NCBI GenBank assembly: GCA_964439105.1
Contig: CAYTNG010000008.1
Location: forward strand, 73,481 to 137,480
Reading direction: 5' to 3'
Length of the DNA: 64,000 nt
Origin: an uncultured Saprospiraceae bacterium
GTDB lineage: Bacteria > Bacteroidota > Bacteroidia > Chitinophagales > Saprospiraceae
The stretch's first letter is position 1; each line of letters opens with the position of its first letter. Under the pieces are notes generated by a model. That model was given only the letters and a program-made list of their open reading frames with translations, searched no databases and was not told the origin of the DNA. This document shows positions 46,566 to 55,743 of this stretch, one piece after another. The translations under genes were made by a program, and so were the position numbers.

Positions 46566-46573
46566 CAAATTTA
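46566..46573 (-). promoter_or_regulatory. -7 box TAAATTTG (minus strand) upstream of MoxR gene
   Basis: Plus-strand CAAATTTA is the reverse complement of TAAATTTG. It lies 23 nt upstream of ATG 46543. Confidence 0.4.
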
Positions 46574-46707
46574 TAAAATGAGACGGTACCCCTGCGGTTT
46601 ATGATATGAATTAACGTCGGGTTTAGTCTTTTGTTTTCCTTTACAGTTGGGGATTTGCAAAACAGGGCGGTTTCATATTGAAAATGCGTTGTAGCAGATG
46701 AGCCTGT

Positions 46708-49700
46708 TCAAAAATTGGCGCGCAATTGCATTCTTGCCGTATGCAGTGGCTCATTTAATGCGGCCTTACGTCCATTGTAAATAAATTGCAGTTGGATCAA
46801 TGCATGAATTTTGTAATCCAATTGGATATTCCAATTAAAATTATCACCATTCTTAAATCCATCAAGAACGGTGAATTCTAACAGACTTCCATTCAAACCA
46901 CTGAACCGCGCATGGAGATACTCAAATTCAAGTCGCAGGTTCAGCTTTCGCAAAAGATAACTTGAGGATGCCATTTCCACACTTCGTATTTCCGCATGCT
47001 GAGAATTAAGAGTTCGGTCTTTTGCATTTTTATAATTCCCATAAAAGGACCACCTGGTGTTTTGATTGGGTCTGAATTGAATACCCGGACGAAGATGAAA
47101 AGTTTGTACGTTGTAATTTTGATCGGCAAAAAGCTCTGTCTTTCTTTCCTCTCTTTTTTGGTGTAACTCAATCAAAAGGTCCCATTTCTTTTTTAGCGAC
47201 CATCGCAATTTGATGAAAGGGTCGAAATTTATTTTTTCATCCAGACCTGAAGTAAGTAATACTTTTTGACCGTTTTGAGAAATCCCCAACTGGACTTCGA
47301 ATTGGGGATCTGAACGGTTGAAGTAAAGACTTTGCTGCAGGTAACTTTGGTATCCCAAATTTGTAACAGAGCTTCCTAAAAATGAAAATGGGTTCAGGCG
47401 CATGGCAAATGAAGCATCCTCGCTCGTTTTGGATGTAATCCGGAAGGTCGATTCCAGGGAGAACAGTTGTAAGCTTTGTAGTAATTTACTTTCAGGTTTC
47501 TTGAAATTTCTGAAATCCAATTGAAGAACCTGGTTCCAGGAAGATTGATGAACCTGAACATATTGGGAATTAAAAAGCTGAAACCGGACAAAACGTGCAG
47601 TATCTATTTCAGGAGCATAAACATATTCAAACACCTGGCGTATTCCGTCTTTGTTGAAGTCCATGTAAATAAAATTTCCTTCTCCGGGTCTGCGCTCCTC
47701 ATAGACAAATTCCTGTCTGGGTTCGACGCCACTTTGGATCTCGAAAAAATTCCGCATTCTGAAGCTTTGATTCCACAGATTCATCCGCTGGTCCAGCGAA
47801 CCAAGAAAATTCAATTTTGATAAAGAGTCTTTTGAAACAGTGTCCGAAAAATGTACATACCTTCCGGAGGCCTTTAGTTCCCAATCTCCCAAAATGGTAT
47901 GGTTGAGTGTGGCGTTCACTGTACTTTCATACGAATCTGTATGGTCTTTGAATCCATTCGTAGCTGCTTGCAGATCTTTTCTGTATTTCGAAATATAGGA
48001 TATGGAAGTCCGCTTGTTTGCCGTATACAGGACTTTAGCTTCAAATTGATCAAATGAAAAACTGGAAGATTTAAGGCTGTCTTTTTTTTCTGAAAAAACT
48101 TCATTTCTTTGGCGGTTTGCCATGAGCTCCACTAGTATTTTTTTGGAAAAATTCCGCTTGATCTCTAACAGCGGCCTGAAGAATCGGCTATTCTCAGGAG
48201 TGTCCTCTGTTTGCAACAGATCGTAATGAAGCTGGACCTGCATACTCGAATCAGACCAGGCTAACAAACCTATGTTCTTAATTCCTCTGTAGTTGGATGA
48301 GCGGAGCAAACGTAGGTGTTTATATTGCAATTTGAGTCGCGGGCCCGCATTCAGTTCAATTTGAAATTCAGGCAGATGGTCGTTATCTCCAAATAAAGTG
48401 CGCACATTCCAGTCTCGCGTAAATTCAACGGGGCGAAAGGAATTCAGTGGGTTGAAATTCTGATGTATGAACTCGTAGCGAATGCCTGCCTGCACTTTAT
48501 AGTTTGAATCACGGAGTGAAAAACTTGGGGTCAAGCCTTCAAGCTCGAGAGCAATTCCGGAATTGTTACCATCCTGAATGCTGGATATGCGATTTAAATC
48601 CAGAGAGGAATATGCGATTTCTGCATGGACTTTTCCGGTTCTTTTGAATTCTATGCCAAATCCGGTGTTTGCAATGAAATGGGATTGGGGAGCAATAAGC
48701 TCTGTGACGGGCTCGTAATTACCGGTAGCTTGAGCCGTTGCAGGATCCGGAGACACCCACTCATAAACACGTCCGTTTGCAGAACTGCTTTTCAAACGGT
48801 AATTTCCTTTGCCTTCTGCAACCTCTGAAAAGTAAACTTGTAAGGCCGTACTATCTGCATAGGGATCATAGACCAGGTAGTTCATCAGAATTAGATTGCC
48901 CTTTATGATGATAGTAGTATCGCGTTCCCTGTAATAGACTCTGTTGACATTGAAAGAACTCCCTGCTTTACTAACACTTGTTCGTGTTGCTAAAGAGGGA
49001 TCATCTCCTGCCTGTGCCAGAATGCGCTGATCTGTGCTGTCAAGATCCGTAGGGATTGCAGGGCGTTTGCTATCTTGTTCATTGAAGATATTGAAATAAA
49101 ATTGCGTTCGTTCATTCCTGATCTGAGATTGATGGGCAATCAGACTGCGGGTATAATTTTGATCCAGATATTCGAATTCCACCGTTACACGGGATTGCTC
49201 GGTGATGAGTCTGTTTGGGGTGAACCGGATTTCAGCCAGATTGTAATCGATGACGTAATCAGATTGCTCACCACGTTCCATAAGTTGACCATCGATCCAT
49301 AATTTTTCACTACCCGCGAGAATGATGATAAAAGCTTCGCCGCCCGAACCGGATAATCGGTAGGGACCCTGATTTCCATTTGTTGTCTGGATTTGTTGTC
49401 TGTTTGACTTGCCCTTTGAAATTGCAAATGCGGATGTATTTTTTACTTTCCATTCATTTACGTTCCATTCGCTTTCAAGCAAACCACCTTTGTTTTTTTT
49501 GAAATAATTTATAAAGTGACCCGGGGGCCTTCCAATTTCAAAGTCTCCTGCAGTCAGTTGTTGGCGATTCTTTGAGAGTCTTAAGTAAATTTTGTCGAAT
49601 TCCTGAATCTGTCTGGTATTGCCTTCCGGTTGAATTGGAATTTGATTGTCAGATATCGCTCCGGTAATAATCAATCCTTCACCTAAATCTCCATGCAGCT

Positions 49701-50262
49701 GCAAATTCAGATTTGAGTTCAGTAGCAAAGATTGATTGGTACCGGTGCTGATGCCCCTGGTAAAATTTCCGGAATATTCCATGCCGGTGGACTCCCACCA
49801 GTTTTCTTTTTTTGAAGGGCCTGCAATGGGTTTTGCATATTCTGGTCGCAGCGCTTGCTGGATAAGTGAACGGTCATACAGCTTGTATTCGGCTTTAGAA
49901 TAGAATGGAAAAATCCGATAACTGATAAGAAGACTATCCGGACCAGCCGGAGAGCTTATCTGAATTTGTTTTTTTGTAGCGTCGTATCTCCATGGATCCA
50001 AAAAAGCCTGTCGATTTACATGCTCAATCATTATCGAGCTACTGTCTATAAGTAAACTATCTTCCAGTTGAATGACCTGGCTATAGGGTCTTATTGAATA
50101 CCGCAAGGAAGAATGTTGAGCATGCAAACTGGATAATTTGCTGAATACAAGCAGAAGTAAAATTCCAAAATGAAATGGATAGGCAGGGCAAATGAGGCGC
50201 AGTCGTACATAGGGAACCTGCGTTCCTATAACTTTCAGTTTAATTTTATTCCCGGGCCACAT
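46708..50262 (-). CDS. large (1184 aa) uncharacterised protein, probably outer-membrane associated
   Basis: N-terminal hydrophobic signal-like segment ending SSLHAQ, beta-rich low-complexity composition throughout, and a C-terminal ...MQLRANF ending in Phe as in many OMPs. I recognise no family. Confidence 0.5.
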   Translation of the reverse strand: MWPGNKIKLKVIGTQVPYVRLRLICPAYPFHFGILLLLVFSKLSSLHAQHSSLRYSIRPYSQVIQLEDSLLIDSSSIMIEHVNRQAFLDPWRYDATKKQIQISSPAGPDSLLISYRIFPFYSKAEYKLYDRSLIQQALRPEYAKPIAGPSKKENWWESTGMEYSGNFTRGISTGTNQSLLLNSNLNLQLHGDLGEGLIITGAISDNQIPIQPEGNTRQIQEFDKIYLRLSKNRQQLTAGDFEIGRPPGHFINYFKKNKGGLLESEWNVNEWKVKNTSAFAISKGKSNRQQIQTTNGNQGPYRLSGSGGEAFIIILAGSEKLWIDGQLMERGEQSDYVIDYNLAEIRFTPNRLITEQSRVTVEFEYLDQNYTRSLIAHQSQIRNERTQFYFNIFNEQDSKRPAIPTDLDSTDQRILAQAGDDPSLATRTSVSKAGSSFNVNRVYYRERDTTIIIKGNLILMNYLVYDPYADSTALQVYFSEVAEGKGNYRLKSSSANGRVYEWVSPDPATAQATGNYEPVTELIAPQSHFIANTGFGIEFKRTGKVHAEIAYSSLDLNRISSIQDGNNSGIALELEGLTPSFSLRDSNYKVQAGIRYEFIHQNFNPLNSFRPVEFTRDWNVRTLFGDNDHLPEFQIELNAGPRLKLQYKHLRLLRSSNYRGIKNIGLLAWSDSSMQVQLHYDLLQTEDTPENSRFFRPLLEIKRNFSKKILVELMANRQRNEVFSEKKDSLKSSSFSFDQFEAKVLYTANKRTSISYISKYRKDLQAATNGFKDHTDSYESTVNATLNHTILGDWELKASGRYVHFSDTVSKDSLSKLNFLGSLDQRMNLWNQSFRMRNFFEIQSGVEPRQEFVYEERRPGEGNFIYMDFNKDGIRQVFEYVYAPEIDTARFVRFQLFNSQYVQVHQSSWNQVLQLDFRNFKKPESKLLQSLQLFSLESTFRITSKTSEDASFAMRLNPFSFLGSSVTNLGYQSYLQQSLYFNRSDPQFEVQLGISQNGQKVLLTSGLDEKINFDPFIKLRWSLKKKWDLLIELHQKREERKTELFADQNYNVQTFHLRPGIQFRPNQNTRWSFYGNYKNAKDRTLNSQHAEIRSVEMASSSYLLRKLNLRLEFEYLHARFSGLNGSLLEFTVLDGFKNGDNFNWNIQLDYKIHALIQLQFIYNGRKAALNEPLHTARMQLRANF

Positions 50263-50696
50263 TCTTCTTAATCGAATAATTTAGGATGTGCAATTCCTTA
50301 TTTTACCGTCTGAGGGCATGTGGAAAAATAATGTATTTTTAATAAGGCATCTCATTTTTGAAATTTGATGGAGAGTTTGGTACCAGCCCGGCTGGGGAAT
50401 AGCTTATGGAAACTTTAAATGTGCCGGATGTGGATAAAGTGAAAAACTTTGCAAGGATCATGCGATTCATCCAATTTTGAAATTAAACGAGTGGATCATT
50501 TGGAAATTTTCTTTTGAAGCTTCATTGGAGTATTCAAGTTCATCTTAAAATTTTATTCCTGATAGAGATGCAATTACACGTATTTGATCCGCCGTTTGAA
50601 ATTAGTTCAATTCCACACAGAACCTGTAGATTTCATCTTCCTATTTTCCACATGGCTTCAAATTTCGAGGGATCACTGTGACAGACTGTTGCTGGC

Positions 50697-51065
50697 TTAG
50701 TGAATGGAATAACTGCCAAGCCAGAATGCAAACAGGCACAGGCCGACACTGACCAGATTATAAATACAGAATAACAGGTATTGGGAATCTCTGAGGAAGA
50801 GCATGTTCTCCGAACTGAATGTAGAAAAGGTGCTGAGGCCACCGCAAAAGCCGATCATGATAAAATAGGGAATCCATTTTTGACCCGGATACAATTGGTT
50901 GTACTTATAGGATATTCCAAGGATGAACGTGCTTAAAATATTTGCAACAAGTGTGGCAAGTTGAATTCGATAAACAGTTAATGAGGGTATATAAGAAATA
51001 GCAAATCGGAGCAAACTGCCTGTTCCGCCTCCAATAAATACCAAGATAATTTTATACAGACTCAT
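50697..51065 (-). CDS. crcB: fluoride channel CrcB/FluC
   Basis: 122 aa, 4 TM, with GGGTGSLLRF and GFCGGLSTFSTFS motifs. Confidence 0.9.
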   Translation of the reverse strand: MSLYKIILVFIGGGTGSLLRFAISYIPSLTVYRIQLATLVANILSTFILGISYKYNQLYPGQKWIPYFIMIGFCGGLSTFSTFSSENMLFLRDSQYLLFCIYNLVSVGLCLFAFWLGSYSIH

Positions 51066-52116
51066 TGCTTAAACGGGTCTTTTTTTTCTTTATTTGATTT
51101 AATATCGCTGCGAGGAGAATACCAAAACTCAGCATGAATACCAACAAAAATAAACTTCCAATATGTTGCATCTTGATTACAAATAAGATGACAAGCGCAT
51201 TTACTGAAAGGAGCAGAAGGGTAGTTTGCAAATGGTTCAGGCCCATATCTACCAGAAGATGATGAATATGCAATCGATCACCTTTGAAAGGAGATCGCCC
51301 AAGGAATATCCTGACAGTAAAAACGCGGAGCATGTCAAACAAAGGAAGAAAGAGAATGCCAATGGCAATGGCGGGTGCGGATTTGACGTGTGCAAGAGAA
51401 TTTGAAGACTGGTAGGCAAGTTCAATAAAACTAATGGTAAGTATCGAGCAGATCATTCCTATCAACAAGGAACCCGTGTCGCCCATAAAAATTTTTGCAG
51501 GGGTCAGATTAAATTTCAAAAAAGCAATAAGAGAGCCCACAAGCGAAAATGAGATGATACTGAGTACAACCTGGTCCGCTATGTAAAACCAACTCCCATA
51601 TACGCTTGCAATTAGTACTCCCATGCTTCCTCCAAGGCCATCTATTCCATCAATTAAATTAAAAGCATTGACAATAACGAGAATGGAAAAAAGGGTAAAC
51701 AAGATGCTCCAAATGTAGGGTAGCTGCTCAATATTGAAAATTCCGTAGAAACTGGTTATGCGGATATTTGCCTTGAACACGAGGATGAGTGAAGCAAATA
51801 CAAGCCCTGTCATTTTTTTATTTGGGGAAAGCGGAATGATATCATCTTTTGCACCGATAAGGAAAATAATGATAAATGCGCAGAGAATGTACTGAAGATC
51901 TCCAAATACGTGAAATGGGGTCCAAAGAACAATTGAAAACAGTACGCCCGCGAAAATACCGATACCTCCCAAGGTGGGGATACTGCTTTTATGTGCCCTT
52001 CGTTCATCAGGATCATCGGTCAGCTTCTTGATTTTTGCAATCTTGATGATCGACGGAATGATCAGATAGGTAAATATCAGTGAAGTTAAGAAACTCAGTA
52101 TAAGACGATAAAACAT
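51052..52116 (-). CDS. MraY/WecA-family polyprenyl-phosphate N-acetylhexosamine-1-phosphate transferase (GT4)
   Basis: IIGAKDDI, NAFNLIDGIDGL and FMGDTGSLLIG motifs. The start was moved to ATG 52116 (MFYRLILSFL...) to avoid overlapping the uppS promoter and start. The 3' end overlaps crcB by 14 nt. Confidence 0.85.
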   Translation of the reverse strand: MFYRLILSFLTSLIFTYLIIPSIIKIAKIKKLTDDPDERRAHKSSIPTLGGIGIFAGVLFSIVLWTPFHVFGDLQYILCAFIIIFLIGAKDDIIPLSPNKKMTGLVFASLILVFKANIRITSFYGIFNIEQLPYIWSILFTLFSILVIVNAFNLIDGIDGLGGSMGVLIASVYGSWFYIADQVVLSIISFSLVGSLIAFLKFNLTPAKIFMGDTGSLLIGMICSILTISFIELAYQSSNSLAHVKSAPAIAIGILFLPLFDMLRVFTVRIFLGRSPFKGDRLHIHHLLVDMGLNHLQTTLLLLSVNALVILFVIKMQHIGSLFLLVFMLSFGILLAAILNQIKKKKTRLSNESV

Positions 52117-52232
52117 TAGAAGGGAATCACAATTGTGAGCAAAATAAAGACTTTTTGGGGAATCCTTTTTTTGAATGAACGCTGCAACAAGAGAATTCAA
52201 GCATGGGAAGGCATTTATCCGCGAAATGACTT

Positions 52233-52240
52233 TAATTTTG
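52233..52240 (+). promoter_or_regulatory. -7 box TAATTTTG upstream of uppS
   Basis: Exact match, 11 nt upstream of ATG 52251 (short leader). Confidence 0.3.
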
Positions 52241-52250
52241 CAAGAGTGAA

Positions 52251-52997
52251 ATGAACGCCTCACTCTTAAACCGTCTCGATCGATCCCGTCTGCCATGTCA
52301 TATTGCTATGATCATGGATGGCAATGGACGTTGGGCTAAGGAGCGTGGCATGCCGCGTCTTTACGGGCATAAAGCGGGAGTGGATACGGTCCGCGAAATC
52401 ACAGAGACCTGCGCCGAGTTAGGCATTTCCTATCTGACCCTCTACGCTTTTTCAACAGAAAATTGGAACCGGCCGTTAACCGAGGTAACCGGATTGATGA
52501 ATTTATTGGTCCAGACGGTTAAAAAGGAAATTGGAACACTCAATAAGAACGGCATAAAATTGAGGGCGATCGGAAATTTAGCCGGCTTGCCTGAAAAGAC
52601 GCGCCAGGCCCTGGAGGAAGGCATCCGGCTTACTGCGGAGAATACCCGGCTTGATTTGATACTGGCCCTGAATTACAGCGCACGTTGGGAAATCCTGCAT
52701 GCGGTAAACCAGATAGCCGAAAAGGTAAAACGCGGGGACCTTTTAGGGCCCATAGACCAGCAATGCTGGGAATCGGAACTCACTACAGCAGGGATACCTG
52801 ATCCTGAATTACTCATTCGCACCAGTGGTGAAAACAGAATTTCCAATTTCCTGCTTTGGCAACTGGCATACAGTGAGTTATATTTTACAAAGCGCTATTG
52901 GCCCGAATTTCGCCGTGAAGAACTCTATGAAGCCCTTTTGGATTATCAAAACCGGGAACGCCGATTTGGTAAAATATCCGAGCAAATTCAACAATGA
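52251..52997 (+). CDS. uppS: isoprenyl transferase (undecaprenyl-diphosphate synthase)
   Basis: HIAMIMDGNGRWA, LTLYAFSTENWNRP and IRTSGENRISNFLLWQLAYSELYF. Confidence 0.95.
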   Translation: MNASLLNRLDRSRLPCHIAMIMDGNGRWAKERGMPRLYGHKAGVDTVREITETCAELGISYLTLYAFSTENWNRPLTEVTGLMNLLVQTVKKEIGTLNKNGIKLRAIGNLAGLPEKTRQALEEGIRLTAENTRLDLILALNYSARWEILHAVNQIAEKVKRGDLLGPIDQQCWESELTTAGIPDPELLIRTSGENRISNFLLWQLAYSELYFTKRYWPEFRREELYEALLDYQNRERRFGKISEQIQQ

Positions 52998-53045
52998 GCC
53001 TCATTTGCCCTTATGTAAGCTTATACAGCAGTGGGTATTTGGGAT

Positions 53046-53053
53046 TAACTTTG
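53046..53053 (+). promoter_or_regulatory. -7 box TAACTTTG upstream of bamA
   Basis: Exact match, 56 nt upstream of ATG 53109. Confidence 0.35.
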
Positions 53054-53108
53054 CAGCCGCAATGAAAAGACCCTGGTGGTCGTTTATGTCTTTTACCCAA
53101 TTGGAATT

Positions 53109-55634
53109 ATGATCAGGTTTACCCTCACCACAGTGGTGTTTTGTCTATGTAATTTTCTGGCACAAGCCCAAAGAGACAACTTTATACCCTACGACAACAA
53201 AAGCTATGAAATCTCCACGATCCGGGTTTCAGGTAATACCTTCAGCGATGCAAATGCCCTTATCAATATATCTGGACTCCAGGTTGGCAAAAAAATAAGC
53301 ATACCCGGCCCGGAGATCCCAAACGCAATTAAAGCAATTTATAAACAGCGTCTTTTTACACAGGTAGAGGTCCTTTTAGAAAATATTCAGGGGAATACGG
53401 CAGGACTTGAAATCAAGGTGCAGGAAAAACCACGGTATAGCACCCATTCCTATAAAGGTGTAAAAAAATCAGCTCATGAAGACCTGAATACTATTGTAAA
53501 CAACCACCTGCCCAAGAATGCGGTGTTTACTGATGAAATCAAAGATGCCATCATCAAAAATCTTGAGGAGTTTTATATTGAAAAGGGATATCTGGATGCG
53601 CGAATTGGCATATTGGAAATTCCGGAGGAGAAAAAACCGAATTCCGTAAAGCTCATCATTAATATTGAGAAAGGGGAAAAAGTGAAAATCCAGGACATTA
53701 GCTTTTCGGGAAATGTGCAGGTCAGCGATCGCAAGTTGCGCAAGCAAATGAAAGAAACGAAACGCCGGGGAAGACTCTTCTCCAAATCAAAGTTTGAAGA
53801 GGCCAAATATGAAGAAGATAAATTGAAGATCGTTCAATATTACAATAAGGAAGGATTTCGCAATGCAAATATCACAGGCGACTCCATCTGGAGAGATGAA
53901 AAGGGTAGATTGCGAATACATATTTTTCTAAATGAAGGCCAAAGGTTTTATTTTAGGAACATCGCGATAAAAGGCAATTCTTTGTACTCCGAACAGTATA
54001 TCAAAAATGTACTTGGAATTCAGAAAGGAGATGTGTACAACCAGGAATTACTGCAAAAACGTCTTAGTTTCTCAGACGATGGACGTGATGTGAGCAGTTT
54101 GTATATGGATGAAGGCCATTTATTCTTTAGGGCAGAACCGATAGAGACAGCGATAGAAAAGGACTCCGTCGACATTACCATCCGAATTACGGAAGGGCCT
54201 CCGGCTACTATTGACCGCGTGCTGGTGAAGGGAAATGACAGAACTCATGAACATGTGATCCGTCGCGAATTGAGAACCCGGCCTGGCCAAAAATTCAGTC
54301 GCTCCGATATCATACGATCGCAGCGTGCCATAATGGCCCTGGGGTATTTCAATCCGGAATCTTTAGGCATCAATACTCCTGTAAATCCGAAAAGAGGTAC
54401 GGTGGATATCGAATATTCCGTTGAAGAACGACCTTCGGATCAGCTTGAGTTGTCGGCAGGATGGTCCGCTTATGGGCTTATCGGAACGCTCGGTGTTGTA
54501 TTTAATAACTTTTCAACGAGGAATTTTTTCAAAAAATCCTCCTGGAGCCCATTGCCGCAGGGGGATGGACAGAAACTTTCACTTCGTGCACAATCCAATG
54601 GCCGGTATTACCAGTCCTACACCTTTTCGTTTACAGAGCCCTGGTTAGGAGGAAAGAGACCGACTTCATTGACCATAGGAAGCAGTTATACACTTATTGA
54701 CAATTCAGCATATTCTGCAGGTACTGCCGGAAGTTTGAGCATTCTCAGGTTGTCCGGGGCACTTGGCACACAGTTAAAATGGCCGGATGACAACTTCGGT
54801 GTGAGCTCTGCTCTTAATCTGGAACGCATTCGATTAAAAGACTATGTCGGTTTTTATGCAGGCACAACACCTGTTAACAATGGGGACTATTACAACATCT
54901 CAGTTAAAACAAGTCTGATCCGAAGCACAGTTTCAGACCCACTGTTTCCACGTTCCGGATCCCGATTGTCGTTTTCATTGCAGCTGACGCCGCCCTATTC
55001 ATTATTCCGGAATAATTGGAATCCGGATTCGGTGAGCGTTGGTGATCGTTATCGCTGGGTGGAATACCATAAATGGCGTTTTGACGGTGAATGGTATCTT
55101 AATCTCGTTGGGAAATTGGTCCTTTCATTTAATGCAAAAATGGGAATTCTCGGATTTTACAACAAGGACTTAAAGGCACCTCCCTTCGAACGATTTGTCG
55201 TTGGCGGGGATGGTTTGAACAACCAATCTTTTACCATTACGGGCCGGGATATTTTTTCACTAAGGGGGTATGAGGTGGAAGACGTAAAGGCGAAATCCGT
55301 GGAAGCCTATCGTCTCAACAGCGTACAGGAAGATGCGACCATCTTTAATAAGTTTACAATGGAATTGCGCTATCCGCTTTCCCTTAACCCTAGCGCAACG
55401 ATGTACGCATCATTGTGGGCGCAGGGAGGGAATTCCTGGACCTCCTTTAAAGACTATAACCCTTTCCAGTTGAAGCGTTCTGTAGGTGCCGGTCTCCGGA
55501 TTTTCCTACCTATGTTTGGATTGTTGGGATTTGATTATGGTATTGGTTTTGACAAACCCTGGCTGGACTCGAAGACCACCAGTTGGAAAGACTATGCGAA
55601 ATTCAGTATCATCCTTGGATTTGAGCCTGAATAA
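53109..55634 (+). CDS. bamA: outer membrane protein assembly factor BamA
   Basis: Signal peptide MIRFTLTTVVFCLCNFLAQAQ, five POTRA-like repeats and a C-terminal Omp85 barrel (...FSIILGFEPE). This is the conserved uppS-bamA order. The TAACTTTG box is at 53046-53053. Confidence 0.9.
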   Translation: MIRFTLTTVVFCLCNFLAQAQRDNFIPYDNKSYEISTIRVSGNTFSDANALINISGLQVGKKISIPGPEIPNAIKAIYKQRLFTQVEVLLENIQGNTAGLEIKVQEKPRYSTHSYKGVKKSAHEDLNTIVNNHLPKNAVFTDEIKDAIIKNLEEFYIEKGYLDARIGILEIPEEKKPNSVKLIINIEKGEKVKIQDISFSGNVQVSDRKLRKQMKETKRRGRLFSKSKFEEAKYEEDKLKIVQYYNKEGFRNANITGDSIWRDEKGRLRIHIFLNEGQRFYFRNIAIKGNSLYSEQYIKNVLGIQKGDVYNQELLQKRLSFSDDGRDVSSLYMDEGHLFFRAEPIETAIEKDSVDITIRITEGPPATIDRVLVKGNDRTHEHVIRRELRTRPGQKFSRSDIIRSQRAIMALGYFNPESLGINTPVNPKRGTVDIEYSVEERPSDQLELSAGWSAYGLIGTLGVVFNNFSTRNFFKKSSWSPLPQGDGQKLSLRAQSNGRYYQSYTFSFTEPWLGGKRPTSLTIGSSYTLIDNSAYSAGTAGSLSILRLSGALGTQLKWPDDNFGVSSALNLERIRLKDYVGFYAGTTPVNNGDYYNISVKTSLIRSTVSDPLFPRSGSRLSFSLQLTPPYSLFRNNWNPDSVSVGDRYRWVEYHKWRFDGEWYLNLVGKLVLSFNAKMGILGFYNKDLKAPPFERFVVGGDGLNNQSFTITGRDIFSLRGYEVEDVKAKSVEAYRLNSVQEDATIFNKFTMELRYPLSLNPSATMYASLWAQGGNSWTSFKDYNPFQLKRSVGAGLRIFLPMFGLLGFDYGIGFDKPWLDSKTTSWKDYAKFSIILGFEPE

Positions 55635-55703
55635 GATGAAGTTTAATAGCACGCTCTCTTTTTGAGAGCTAAAAACAAGAGCAAAAGCCATCGGGAACAT
55701 GCA

Positions 55704-55724
55704 TAGTTTTGTGTCTTAATTTTG
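55704..55724 (+). promoter_or_regulatory. two -7 boxes TAGTTTTG and TAATTTTG upstream of ligA
   Basis: Matches at 55704-55711 and 55717-55724. The latter is 20 nt before GTG 55744. Confidence 0.35.
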
Positions 55725-55743
55725 GATTCATCAATTGTAGTTC

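Noticed and set aside
52117-52250. Fluoride (crcB-motif) riboswitch upstream of the transferase-crcB unit
   Set aside because: I could not find the conserved pseudoknotted core by eye. An Infernal scan is needed to be certain.
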